From Haliotis rubra (taxonomy: Eukaryota), in contig NW_025767291.1 of assembly GCF_003918875.1 (NCBI RefSeq), positions 434,001-498,000 of the forward strand: DNA of 64,000 nt, in the 5' to 3' direction. Below the pieces are notes generated by a model that was not told the DNA's origin, did not search any database, and saw only the letters and a program-made list of their open reading frames with translations. The translations under genes and the position numbers were made by a program. Of the stretch, positions 51,724 through 64,000 are shown piece after piece. The first letter of the stretch is position 1. Every line of letters starts with the position of its first letter.

Positions 51724-51887
51724 TGACTGACTGACTGACTGAGTTTGACTGAGTTTACGCCGCTTTTAGCAATATTCCAGCAACATCACGGCGGGGGACA
51801 CCAGAAATGGGCTTCACACATTGTACCCATGTGGGGATTCGGCGTGACGAGCCAACGCTTTAACCACTAGGCTACCCCACCGCCCCC
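51724..51887 (-). mobile_element. SINE-A, (CAGT)n tail, B-box region deleted
   Basis: TSD CTAGACTCTTTGA. Confidence 0.9.
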
Positions 51888-51909
51888 TAGACTCTTTGAG
51901 GATGAATCA

Positions 51910-52228
51910 GAGTAAGTGAATACATAAGGTTTTACGCGCTTTGAGCAATTTTCCAAATATATCACACCGGTGGACACCAGAAATTGGCTTCAAACATTGT
52001 ACCTCGGAACATCTCACGTCACACACCCTCTATTCAGATGTGGGTACTGTCCGTATTATCAGGGTGACGCTATATCAGGGTGTAGCTATATCACTACATC
52101 CCACGCCATACACCCTCGGTTCAGATAGGGGTACTGTCCGTATTGTCAGGTTGACGCTATATCAGGGAACTCGAACTCGGATACTCGGCGTGACGAGCGG
52201 ACACTTTAACCACTAGACCACCCCGCGG
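51910..52228 (-). mobile_element. Older SINE-A carrying a 164-bp satellite-derived insertion
   Basis: SINE halves flank an inverted copy of the 87-bp satellite (52004-52167). Confidence 0.85.
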
Positions 52229-52287
52229 CTCTACATTGCCTCAGATCTTCACGCCGAGAGTCGTCGTATCGCAAATATGTCACAGAG

Positions 52288-52650
52288 CAGATCCGGGTTA
52301 GAATTGGTCTTCAGCAACATTTGCTTGTCGTAAGAGTGAGTGAGTTTAGTTTTACGCCGCTTTTAGCAATATTCCAGCTATATCACGGCGGGGGACACCA
52401 GAAATGGGCTTCACATATTGTACCCATGTGGGGAATCGAACCCGGGTCTTCGGCGTAACGAACAAACGCTTTAACCACTACGCTACCCCACAGCCCCGCT
52501 TGTCGTAAGAGGCGACTAAAGGGATCGGGTGGTCAGGCTCGCTGACTTGCTTGACACATGTCATGGTTTCCCAATTGCGTAGATCGACGCTCATGATTGT
52601 CTGGTCCAGACTCGATTATTTACAGACCGCCGCGTATAGCCGGATTATTA
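52288..52650 (+). mobile_element. SINE-B interrupted by SINE-A
   Basis: Consensus resumes exactly after the TSD. Confidence 0.88.
52337..52497 (-). mobile_element. SINE-A nested in SINE-B
   Basis: 14-bp TSD GCTTGTCGTAAGAG made of SINE-B core sequence. Confidence 0.94.
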
Positions 52651-53242
52651 AAACACACAAATAAACAAATACATAAATAAACAAACAGAAACAAAACAAA
52701 TGAAATTTGATCATCAGTGTACATCACTACTGGCCTTGACGCGACCAGAAACAAAGTAATTTATGTCTACCATATACATCCACAATATGATGATATATCA
52801 CCCTGATAGGCACTTCATTGATGGCATGTGAATTTCACCTTTCGTCAAGTGGTCTCAGGTTCCTAAACATGGCGTTGATATGTGAGGTGACACAATCTAC
52901 CACCATCTATATGTACAACAACAGTAACTGGTGAGTGGTGTACTGCAGTAAAAGTGTCAGGTCAGCCTCTCCTATCACAGACTATTCCTGCTGATGACTG
53001 TAACACGCCTGTTTAGAAAGCTTACGTAATTAGGTCAAGTGTCGGGGTTGTGTTTCTGGTGGAGTGTATATTTTCAAATAACCGTTAAACACATGTGTAG
53101 ACAGGCGGGAATCGTTCCGGTATTTTCCCAAGAACGTTGTGGCAAATTCATTAATGTTAAGAAAGGTTGTTTTAAATTTTAAAAAATAATCTTGATACGT
53201 TATCTAGTTTTATTGTAGGCAATTACGGCATGATTTGTGTAC

Positions 53243-55706
53243 AACGGTTGTCTATAACGGGCGTAAATTAAGATGGCATTTAACGGTTGTCTATAACGGG
53301 TGTAAATTAAGATGGCATATGACGGTTGTCTATAACGGGTGTAAATTAAGATGGCATTTAACGGTTGTCTATAACGGGTGTAAATTAAGATGACATATGA
53401 CGGTTGTCTATAACGGGTGTAAATTAAGATGGCATTTAACGGTTGTCTATAACGGGTGTAAATTAAGATGGCATTTAACGGTTGTCTATAACGGGTGTAA
53501 ATTAAGATGGCATTTAACGGTTGTCTATAACGGGTGTAAATTAAGATGGCATTTGACGGTTGTCTATAACGGGTGTAAATTAAGATGGCATTTAACGGTT
53601 GTCTATAACGGGTGTAAATTAAGATGACATATGACGGTTGTCTATAACGGGTGTAAATTAAGATGGCATTTAACGGTTGTCTATAACGGGTGTAAATTAA
53701 GATGACATATGACGGTTTGTCTATAACGGGCGTAAATTAAGATGGCATTTAACGGTTGTCTATTAAGGTGTAAATTAAGATGGCATTTAACGGTTTGTCT
53801 ATAACGGGTGTAAATTAAGATGACATATGACGGTTGTCTATAACGGGCATTTTACGTTAAATTAATTAATGGCATTTTACGGTTGTCTATAACGGGTGTA
53901 AATTAAGATGGCATTTAACGGTTGTCTATAACGGGTATACGGGTTGTATATTAAGATGGCATTTAACGGTTGTCTATAACGGTGTAAATTAAGATGGCAT
54001 TTAACGGTTGTCTATAACGGGTGTAAATTAAGATGGCATTTAACGGTTGTCTATAACGGGTGTAAATTAAGATGACATATGACGGTTGTCTATAACGGTG
54101 TAAATTAAGATGGCATTTAACGGTTGTCTATAACGGGTGTAAATTAAGATGACATATGACGGTTGTCTATAACGGGTGTAAAAATTAAGATGGCATTTAA
54201 CGGTTGTCTATAACGGGTGTAAATTAAGATGGCATTTTACGGTTGTCTATAACGGGTGTAAATTAAGATGGCATTTAACGGTTGTCTATAACGGGTGTAA
54301 ATTAAGATGGCATTTGACGGTTGTCTATAACGGGTGTAAATTAAGATGGCATTTAACGGTTGTCTATAACGGGTGTAAATTAAGATGGCATTTAACGGTT
54401 GTCTATAACGGGTGTAAATTAAGATGGCATTTAACGGTTGTCTATAACGGGTGTAAATTAAGATGGCATATGACGGTTGTCTATAACGGGTGTAAATTAA
54501 GATGGCATTTAACAGGTTGTCTATAACGGGTGTAAATTAAGATGGCATTTGACGGTTGTCTATAACGGGTGTAAATTAAGATGGCATTTAACGGTTGTCT
54601 ATAACGGGTGTAAATTAAGATGGCATTTAACGGTTGTCTATAACGGGTGTAAATTAAGATGACATATGACGGTTGTCTATAACGGGTGTAAATTAAGATG
54701 GCATTTAACGGTTGTCTATAACGGGTGTAAATTAAGATGACATATGACGGTTGTCTATAACGGGCGTAAATTAAGATGGCATTTTACGGTTGTCTATAAC
54801 GGGTGTAAATTAAGATGGCATTTCTATACGGTTGTCTATAACGGGTGTAAATTAAGATGGCATTTAACGGTTGTCTATAACGGATGGCATTTAACGTAAA
54901 TTAAGATGGCATTTGACGGTTGTCTATAACGGGTGTAAATTAAGATGGCATTTAAGATGGGGTGTAATTAAGATGGCATTTGGTTGTCTATAACGGGTGT
55001 AAATTAAGATGGAATTTAACGGTTGTCTATAACGGGTGTAAATTAAGATGACATATGACGGTTGTCTATAACGGGTGTAAATTAAGATGGCATTTAACGG
55101 TTGTCTATAACGGGTGTAAATTAAGATGACATTTGACGGTTGTCTATAACGGGTGTAAATTAAGATGGCATTTAACGGTTGTCTATAACGGGTGTAAATT
55201 AAGATGGCATATGACGGTTGTCTATAACGGGTGTAAATTAAGATGGCATTTAACGGTTGTCTATAACGGGTGTAAATTAAGATGGCATTTAACGGTTGTC
55301 TATAACGGGTGTAAATTAAGATGGCATTTAACGGTTGTCTATAACGGGTGTAAATTAAGATGGAATTTGAACGGTTGTCTATAACGGGTGTAAATTAAGA
55401 TGGCATTTGACGGTTGTCTATAACGGGTGTAAATTAAGATGGCATTTAACGGTTGTCTATAACGGGTGTAAATTAAGATGGCATTTTACGGTTGTCTATA
55501 TCGGGTGTAAATTAAGATGGCATTTTACGGTTGTCTATAACGGGTGTAAATTAAGATGGCATTTTACGGTTGTCTATAACGGGTGTAAATTAAGATGGCA
55601 TTTAACGGTTGTCTATAACGGGTGTAAATTAAGATGGCATTTTACGGTTGTCTATAACGGGTGTAAATTAAGATGGAATTTTACGGTTGTCTGAAACGGG
55701 TGTAAA
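53243..55706. repeat. 39-bp minisatellite, ~2.5 kb
   Basis: ACGGTTGTCTATAACGGGTGTAAATTAAGATGGCATTTA. Confidence 0.97.
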
Positions 55707-55734
55707 TGAAAAAGGAACTTAACGTTGGTGTTTC

Positions 55735-57646
55735 ATTTAAATATTTAAACACTACCAAAGCGAGTGGACCAGATGGTATAGGAAACCGCTTCCTACGTTT
55801 GGTATCCCCCTCCTTGTCACTAGCATTAACTAACCTCTTTAACAAGTAACTTCAAACATCAGTTTTCCCAGACATATGGAAAGAATCATCAGTCATACCA
55901 ATCCACAAGAAAGGTAATATTAACGACTGTTCGAACTATAGAGCCGTTGCCTTAATATCAAGGTCTTTGAAATATGTATGTTTAAATATGTCTTTAACGT
56001 CATGATAGATAACAATTGCCTCTCAAATTTACAATCTGGATTCATGCCAGGAGATTCAACAGCTTACCAACTCACGCATTTGTATAATAATATTGCTAAA
56101 GCTATAGACAACGGAAAAGAAGTAAGAGCTGTATTCTGCGATATAAGCAAGGCATTTGATAAAGTTTGGCACAAAGGGATTATCCATAAACTAAAATCAT
56201 GTGGGATAGATGGGAAGTTATTGGAATGGTTTGGAAGTTATTTGCAAAATAGAATGCAAAGAGTAGTTATCCAAGGTTACAAATCAGAATTAAAACCGAT
56301 AATAGCCGGAGTGCCCCAAGGATCAGTCCTTGGACCTCTTTTATTCTTAATATAAATAAACGACATAGTTGATGGAATCGAAAGTAATATACGCCTTTTC
56401 ACAGACGCCACATCACTCTATGTAATAATCGACGATCCCCATACGAGTACATTTATTCTTAACTCAGATTTAGACAGGATATCTAAATAGGCGGAAACCT
56501 GGCAAGTAAAATTTAATCCAAACAAAACTGAAACTATCCAGTTTTCACACAAAACGAAACCTTCTACGAAATCTCCCCTCTCGATGAATGGTACCCCTAT
56601 AAATGAAGTGCAGATTCATAAACACTTAGGCATTATTTTTCAGGAAAACCTCCTTTGGCATTCCCACATTAATGACATGATAAGGAAAATTAGCCCTATG
56701 ATTAATTGCCTTCGTAGTTTTAAATATAGACTATCACGCAAAACTCTCGAAACAATGTATAAATCCTTTATCTTACCTCTATTTGACTATTGCTGTCATC
56801 TCTGGGACAATTGTACAAACGAACAGTCCTTGTCACTAGAAAACCTTCACTTAGATGCCTTACGCACAATATGCGGTGCAGTTAGAGGTACGAGCCATGC
56901 GAAACTATATCATGAGACAAACCTGACTTCCTTATCGAAACGGAGAGAAACTTCTAAATTAACATTATTTTACAAAATGGTAAACCATATGGTTCCTGAC
57001 TATCTTTGTGATCTTGCTCCAGGGAATGTTTCTGATAACAGTAACTACAATCTTAGGAATAATGAAAATTATCAGACTATAAGATGCAAATCTACTAATT
57101 ATGCCAAATCGTTTTTGCCCGATACAATTAAACTGTGGAATGACCTACCTATAAATGCTACAAACGCTTCCTCTGTTGGACAGTGTAAGAATTCAATCAC
57201 ACCACAAGTTAATACCAACACAATGTTCGATCTAAATTTTGGTGGTCGATTTTGTCAAATAATACACTGCCGCCTTAGATTGGGATACAGTGACTTAAAC
57301 AGTGATAAGTATAATCGTTTCAGTATCTCATCAGACGAATATGGATATTCCACTACAGTCAGTCCATCAATTCATTATTACAACAAAACGTTTTGATTCA
57401 TAAAGTTTTGTAGCTTCTCTTATTTTTTATTTGTATCAACTGGCCACGAAACAAAACCAAGATAAATTGTCGATATCCATGATTGTTATTATTCAGAGAT
57501 AACTTGTTATAACCACTATAAATATGTATCATGCACAAATGTGAACCTTCACATGTATTATGGAGCGGCATTAATATAAGCCATCTAGGCTTGTTTGCCA
57601 ATCCGTTTCTTTCTTCTTGAATAGAATAAAATAATTTTAAACCAAA
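55735..57646 (+). mobile_element. 5'-truncated non-LTR retrotransposon (CR1-group LINE) including 3' UTR
   Basis: RT motifs KASGPDGI, NYR, QSGF, DISKAFDKVWH, GVPQGSVLGPLLF. The 3' UTR has a small hairpin AAGCC-ATCTA-GGCTT and ends AATAAAATAATTTTAAACCAAA. Confidence 0.9.
55745..57403 (+). pseudogene. LINE ORF2 reverse transcriptase remnant
   Basis: In-frame stops and frameshifts. Catalytic F(A)DD reads FTDA near 56400. The C-terminus HCRLRLG...VHQFIITTKRFDS* lacks the intervening Cys/His motif (internal deletion near 57320). Confidence 0.88.
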
Positions 57647-57941
57647 TATTCTGAGGGTGTACATTTTGAGGAGATACTATACTCCTTACATCTACGTACT
57701 CTAATTGTGTCAGGATTCGCTCGTGGGTTTGAATCCCAAATTGATTAGGGTCCTTGGTTTGCCTGTACCACACCTGTGCTCATGGCTTCCAGTTTACCAG
57801 TACCCACAAGCCACAAGGTACAGCCAGGGCCACCTGGGTGGTCCAGTGGTCAGTGGCGACGACTTTCAGTTGCCTCCCTTTTGGAGTGCTGGTTCTACTG
57901 ATCGCAGATGCATTTGAACGATCGCCAGTCATTGACCCAGT

Positions 57942-58110
57942 GTGAGTGAGTGAGTGAGTGCGTATGGTTTTACGCTGCTTTTAGCAATATTCCAGCATTA
58001 TCACGGGAGGAGGTACCAGAAATGGGCTTCACACATAGTACCCATGAGGGGAATCGAACCCGGTTCTTCGGCTTGACGAGCGGACGCTTTAACCACTAGG
58101 CTACCGCCCC
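57942..58110 (-). mobile_element. SINE-A
   Basis: Family consensus with (ACTC)n tail. Confidence 0.88.
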
Positions 58111-58280
58111 TTACCCTTAGTGTATCAGGGCACATGGTAATGAGTTCATTCTAATGGTACTGACCAGCCGTGAGGTAATCCTCGAAGTAAACTCCAACTG
58201 AATGGTACATGCAAATGGAATGGTTACTTTGTGAGTGAGTGAGTGGTGACCGAGTCACTCAGTCAGTCCGTCAGTCAGAA

Positions 58281-58413
58281 TGAGTGAGTGGGTGAGTTAG
58301 TTTTACGCCGCACTCAGCAATATTCCAGCTATATGGCGGCAGTCTGTAAATAATCGAGTCTGGACCAGACAATCCAGTGATCAACAACATGAGCATCGAT
58401 CTGCGCAATTGGG
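58281..58413 (-). mobile_element. SINE-B, 5'-truncated
   Basis: Near-consensus 3' half with (ACTC)n tail. Confidence 0.88.
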
Positions 58414-58436
58414 AAGCAGGTAAGTACCAGTGCAAA

Positions 58437-60512
58437 TGTGTGGAGCGATGGCGGCAGGAAATGTTACAACTGTGTGGAGCGGTGGCGGCGGGGTGTGCAA
58501 CTGTGTGGAACTGTGTGGAGCGGTGGCGGCAGGGAAGTGTGCAACTGTGGAGCGGTGGTGGCAGGAAATGTGCAACTGTGTGGAACTGTGTTAGACGCGG
58601 GCGGCAGGAAGTGTGCAAACTGTATTGATAGACGATGGCGGGAAATGTGCAACAATGATGTGGAACTGTATTGGAGCGGTGGCGGCAGGAAGTGTGCAAC
58701 TGTGTGGAACTGTGTGGAGCGGTGGCGGCGGGAAGTGTGCTACTGTGTGGAACTGTGTGGAGCGGTGGCGGCAGGGAAGTGTGCAACTGTGTGGAACTGT
58801 GTGGAGCGGTGGCGGCAGGGAAGTGTGCTACTGTGTGGAACTGTGTGGAGCGGTGGCGGCGAGGAAGTGTGCAACTGTGTGGAGAGCGGTGGTGGCAGGG
58901 AAGTGTGCAACTGTGTGGAGCTGTGCTGTGGAACTGTGTGGAGCGGTGGCGGCGAGGAAGTGTGCAACTGTGTGGAACTGGTGGAACTGTGTGGAGCGGT
59001 GGCAGCAGGGAAGTGTGCAACTGTGTGGAGCGGTGGCGGCGGAAGTGTGCAACTGTGTGGAACTGTGTGAGCGGTGGTGGCGGGGGAAGTGTGCAGCACA
59101 ATGTGGAACTGTGTGGGCGGTGGCGGCAGGGAAGTGTGCAACTGTGTGGAACTGTGTGAGCGGTGGCAGGCAAGGGAAGTGTGCAACTGTAATGGAACTG
59201 TGGCGGCGAGTGGCGGCGAAGTGTGCAACTGTGTGGAACTGTGGAGCTGGTGGCGGCGGTTAGGGAGGTGTGCAACTGTGTGGAACTGTGTGGCGGCAAC
59301 TGTGTGTGCAACTGTGTGGAGCGGTGGCGGCAGGGAAGTGTGCAACTGTGTGGAGCGGTGGCGGCAGGGAAATGTGCAACTGTGTGGAGCGGTGGCGGCA
59401 GGGAAGTGTGCAACTGTGTGGAGCGGTGGCGGCAGGGAAATGTGCAACTGTGTGGCTGCGGCGGTGGTGTGCAGGGAAGTGTGCAACTGTGTGGAGCGGT
59501 GGCGGCAGGAAGTGTGCAACTGTGTGGAACTGTGTGCAAACTGTGTGGAGCGGTGGTGGCGAGGGAAGTGTGCAACTGTGGGAGCGATGGCGGCAGGGAA
59601 ATGCAACTGTGTGGAGCGGTGGCGGCAGGGAGGGTGCAACTGTGTGGAACTGTGTGGAGCGGTGGTGGCAGGGAAGTGTGCAACTGTGTGGAACTGTGTG
59701 GAGCGGTGGCGGCAGGGAAGTGTGCAACTGTGTGGAACTGTGTGGAACTGTGTGGAGCGGTGGTGGCAGGGAAGTGTGCAACTGTGTGGAACTGTGTGCA
59801 ACTGTGTGGAGCGGTGGCGGCAGGGAAGTGTGCAACTGTGTGGAACTGTGTGCAACTGTGTGGAGCGGTGGTGGCAGGGAAGTGTGCAACTGTGTGGAGC
59901 GATGGCGGCAGGGAAATGTGCAACTGTGGTGGGAGCGGTGGCGGCAGGGAAGTGTGCAACTGTGTGGAACTGTGTGAGCGGTGGTGGCAGAGAAGTGTGC
60001 AACTGTGTGGAACTGTGTGGTGTGGAGCAGTGGCGGCAGGGAAGTGTGCAACTGTGTGGAACTGTGTGGAACTGGTGGCAGCGAAGTGTGCAGCTGTGTG
60101 GAGCGGTGGCGGCAGGGAAATGTGCAACTGTGTGGAGCGGTGGCGGCAGGGAAGTGTGCAACTGTGTGGAGAGGTGGCGGCAGGGAAGTGTGCAACTGTG
60201 TGGAGCGGTGGCGGCAGGGAAGTGTGCAACTGTGTGGAGGGGGGCAGGGAAATGTGCAACTGTGTGGAGCGGTGGCGGCAGGAAATGTGCAACTGTGTGG
60301 AGCGGTGGCGGCAGGGAAGTGTGCAACTGTGTGGAGCGGTGGCGGCAGGGAAGTGTGCAACTGTGTGGAGCGGTGGCGGCAGGGAAGTGTGCAACTGTGG
60401 GGAGCGGTGGTGGCAGGAAGTGTGCAACTGTGTATTGGTAGCGGTGGCGGCAGGGAAATGTGCAACTGTGTGGGAGCGGTGGTGGCAGGGAAGTGTGCAA
60501 CTGTGTGTGAGC
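58437..60512. repeat. G-rich 34/44-bp minisatellite
   Basis: GTGGAGCGGTGGCGGCAGGGAAGTGTGCAACTGT, with or without GTGGAACTGT. Confidence 0.95.
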
Positions 60513-61705
60513 GATGGCTGTCAGGTCATAATCGTGCAGTCTTGAAGATTACCAACTACGTCCCAAATATTAAAGTGTTACCATGAACCAAACCACTAAT
60601 AATAACAAGCTATAAATGATGAATGATCAAGGTGTCATGTTTTTTTCTGGTGAATGTGTAAATAGAAAATAGCAAAATAAAATTAAAACCATAAACACAC
60701 TGGAAAAATATATTAAACAAATAAGGCCATGTTCCAAACAGAGGTACGTGTCCATCTACCGCCATATAACAAAATAGAGAGTGGATCCATGTCTATGTCG
60801 AGACAACGTCAACACATTTTGACGTTCGTTTTGACTGCGGCCCATTGCACAACCCGTCACATGACTAGCCTGTTGTGGTAAAACATGACAGTTGGCTTCT
60901 GGGAGAAGACACTACATATTCCTAATTTGGGCAATGGTGAAAACGCTGCACCCAACAAAGCATTTTGAAATTATTAATCAAAATAATGACGCCCTTTTAG
61001 CATGAGGAGTGTTTTATCACCACTGACATCCACAAGAGGCGGTTAACCTCTGACGGGGAAGCATGGAACACATACCATACATTTGATAATGTGAAACGTT
61101 TACTGATAGCGGATGTCCTGTTTAAACCCCCTGCGCAGGAGCAAACCGAGAGACATGTTTACCGATAATAAGCTAATTAATCTCGCACGGATAATGACTC
61201 ACGGAGCGATATTTAATTGCACGTAGTTTTTATCCAGCGTTATTACCGCAATTCATGACAGAGCACCGTTCGGCCCTTGTCTGAATTGAGTAGCGAATTA
61301 ATGTGTCAGAGTGTGTCCCACTCAAGCATAGGAAGTATGCTAACACCCTAAACACGGTAGTCTGTTCTCTGGAGCGGCGGCGTCGAACGCGGGTGAGGGC
61401 CAACGCTGACCGTCCCGAGGGTGGCGTGCGAGCTCTTGGCGTGGTGGACAATGGTCAGATGTTTACCTTTGTGTCACTTGACCCTCCGGGAGCCGAGGGA
61501 CAGGATAATGACCATTAATTGCCCAGTCTCTGTTCCAAGCTACTTCACCAACTGCCACAGTCGGCCTGTGATGACGCATGTGTATCATTATCAGGCGCGT
61601 GGGACGGTAACATCAGGGTCGACGGCATCATGGTCGACAGATGGACAACGTACTATTATTGATACACTGTCTACCTAACCCATTGGAAACAACATTTATA
61701 CAACA

Positions 61706-62030
61706 GCTAAACCAAGGCGCTTCTGAAACAAAACGGAAACAATTAATATAACACTACAATTATATAATTACAAGTAAAAAGTGGATGCAACATTTCTACA
61801 ACCACTAAACCACGGCACTTCTAAAACAGAACGGAAACAATGAATATAACACTACAATTATATAATTACAAGTAAAAAGTGGATGCAACATTTCTACAAC
61901 CACTAAACCACGGGGTTTCTGAAACAAAACGGAAACAATGAATACAACACGTCTATTGAAAATAGTAAAAAGTGGATGCAACATTTCTACAACCACTAAA
62001 CCACGGCACTTCTAAAACAGAACGGAAACA
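61706..62030. repeat. ~98-bp tandem repeat, ~3.3 copies
   Basis: AGTAAAAAGTGGATGCAACATTTCTACAACCACTAAACCACGG recurs three times. Confidence 0.9.
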
Positions 62031-63095
62031 ATACACAACGTCCAACAAATCTCAACTGAAAATAGGATACAGCGTTTGCGGGTTGTGAGATTCAACAGTG
62101 AAAATACAATAGTAACAGATAACTTGATTCAAAAGGTACAACTGTTATTCAGCGAATGAAATGCAACCTTTAAAATCACAACAACATACGACTTTAACAA
62201 AAGAAACAGGAGTTACTCAACTGATTAGACACAAAATTAAAGCTCAATAACGTGCAACTTTCACAAATTAAAACAAAATTGGGTTTAAGATCTTGAGGAA
62301 TATTTCGCTCATATGACGACGTGCATGCGTGTGTATGTGTATGTGCGGCTGCTTGTACACAGCGAATGAAAGATACAACGTTTAAAAAACTTAACAACAT
62401 ACAACATTTAACAAAAGAAGCAAATCGAGTTACGCTCTACCACTACAATGAGAGAGAATGGTTTAAACTCAACAATTATGTGTACCTTTAACAAAATAAA
62501 ACAAGAGTTAAACTGCCAATAAAACAGGACTTTAAAAGTCAACAACATATAAATATATAGTGTATTACTTTAACAAAACGCACTGGAGAGTAACACAGCT
62601 AATGAAATACATGGTTAATAACTCAATGACACACAGCTTTTTTCAAGAATGCAACATTTATACTGGAAACAGTCCAACGAGTACATGAATCACATTGTCA
62701 TTTAACTTGAATATTGCTGAGTGAAGCATTAAACAACACAAACAACATACAAACAACACATAACTCATCACGGACGTTCAGTATTCAGCTGATGGAGTAA
62801 ATAGCCCCGAAACGTGCCTACAGGCAATAAAGATGGCTTCGTGTTCTTCCAACTTCTATTTGCCTATCATCGACGTAACCGTTCCACAACTCGTACATTA
62901 CATCGTTTATACACCCAGTAACGAAATACAGCTTCACGGAAGGTACACAGACAATAAACTACAACGTTGTATTTTCTTTCATTAAATACAATGTGTCATC
63001 TGATTGTATTATGTACCGAAGGCCATTTTACCGAGTAAAATCTGTCTGTCTGTCTGTTAAAAATACAAACTTTTATACACTCAAGGTTATACAAA

Positions 63096-63190
63096 TGACG
63101 ACGACGATAAGAAGATGGCGATGGTGATAACGTCGACGACGACGATGATGGTGATGATGATGATGATGATGGATGATGATGATGACGACG
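63096..63190. repeat. (GAY)n microsatellite
   Basis: GAC/GAT trinucleotide runs. Confidence 0.85.
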
Positions 63191-63574
63191 AAAACGACGA
63201 CAGCAAAGGTGAAGACGATGGCAATGGGTCAGCAAGATCCATATATTAAGTTCGTTTCCACGGCAACAAAGTAAATAGATAGTGCTTTAAAAACGAATAT
63301 GTTTGTACACGTGTGTGGATTATACCTATAGCAAACTGATTACCATCGACTGTTACAAAAACTACAAGAATACAGTCATATTATCCGTGATAATTGTAAC
63401 GTGTACGTGGATCGTGAGATGTGACAGCATTGCCACTGCAATCGACACCCTCCCCCAACCACTACCCGGGTCTAGGACAATTGCCACCCGGACAATTACC
63501 ACTTGGACAATCGCCACCGGACTATGGCCACCTAGGACAGTACCCCCTCACACTGAAAATCTACTGAGACGTAA

Positions 63575-63740
63575 GGGCGGTGGGGTAGCCTATTGGTTAA
63601 AGCGTTGGCTCGTCACGCCGAAGACCCGGGTTCGATTCCCCACATGGGCACAATGTGTGAAGCACATTTCTGGTGTCCCCCGCCGTGATATTGCTGGAAT
63701 ATTGCTAAAAGCGGCGCAAAACAGTACTCACTCACTCACT
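63575..63740 (+). mobile_element. SINE-A (near-consensus; tRNA-Asp-like head)
   Basis: A box TAGCCTATTGG and B box GGTTCGATTCC. The segment CTCGTCACGCCGAAGACCCGGGTTCGATTCCCC resembles the tRNA-Asp(GTC) anticodon/T arms. TSD ACTGAGACG. Confidence 0.92.
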
Positions 63741-64000
63741 GAGACGGAAATACCGGAACACAGGAAAATTCAAGTGTTCCTTTAATATGTTCATCTCCAG
63801 CTTTGAATAGCGCTGTGGGAGGAAATCTGAAAATGAATAAGGAACACTACCATGAAGTGGTGTTCCCTTATTTGTTTCCCTCAGTATATATATTTCCTAT
63901 ACAAACAAACAAACAACTCCATTGGAATTGAAATGAGCCCCAATGAACAACTTATGAATGTAGCTAGAACTAAATTACAACAATGAAAAAACTAAAAGAA

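Noticed and set aside
53397-55694. (TVVYNGCKLRWHL)n ORFs
   Set aside because: 39-bp satellite with scattered stops and frameshifts.
55735-57646. This LINE as the mobiliser of SINE-A/B
   Set aside because: Its 3' end lacks the shared stem-loop and (ACTC)n tail.
58271-60586. Long Cys/His/Pro-rich ORFs (up to 718 aa) on both strands
   Set aside because: They are translations of a stop-free 34/44-bp minisatellite open in nearly all frames; the unit length is not a multiple of 3.
63575-63650. tRNA-Asp gene
   Set aside because: No acceptor stem; it continues into the SINE body and tail with a TSD and is one of about 16 copies.
63836-63872. Hairpin AATAAGGAACACTAC / GTGGTGTTCCCTTATT
   Set aside because: Too short for a pre-miRNA, single occurrence and no supporting context.

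Overview
Repeat-dense eukaryotic DNA, most likely molluscan (SINE content resembles gastropod/abalone genomes; this is inference). No intact host protein-coding gene is recognisable. The only clear protein homologies are a frameshifted DD34E Tc1 transposase inside a full-length 1.5-kb element (49372-50894) and a 5'-truncated, decayed CR1-group LINE reverse transcriptase (about 55735-57646). Dispersed repeats: about 16 copies of a tRNA-Asp-like SINE (SINE-A), about 12 copies of a second SINE with a Meta/MESC-like core and the same 3' stem-loop tail (SINE-B), and several MITE families (8-bp TSD, 6-bp TSD, TA TSD, TTAA). There are also more than 12 minisatellite arrays, which generate almost all long ORFs in the track, and a 1.28-kb near-identical direct duplication. 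A CpG-rich, ETS/E-box-bearing stretch at about 39.6-40.4 kb may be the promoter of a minus-strand gene whose introns cover the left 39 kb. Most interesting observations: (1) SINE-B copies share one 5' end at a pseudoknot-forming sequence with no Pol III head; (2) a compensated 3' stem-loop is shared by both SINEs and a third, LINE-3'UTR-like element; (3) a satellite is born inside a single SINE copy; (4) an inverted copy of the end of a local satellite is pasted into a SINE 4 kb away; (5) a 16-mer array is nested in an 87-mer array; (6) there is an old ~200-bp MITE-like family with TAGTCCCTGAA inverted cores.
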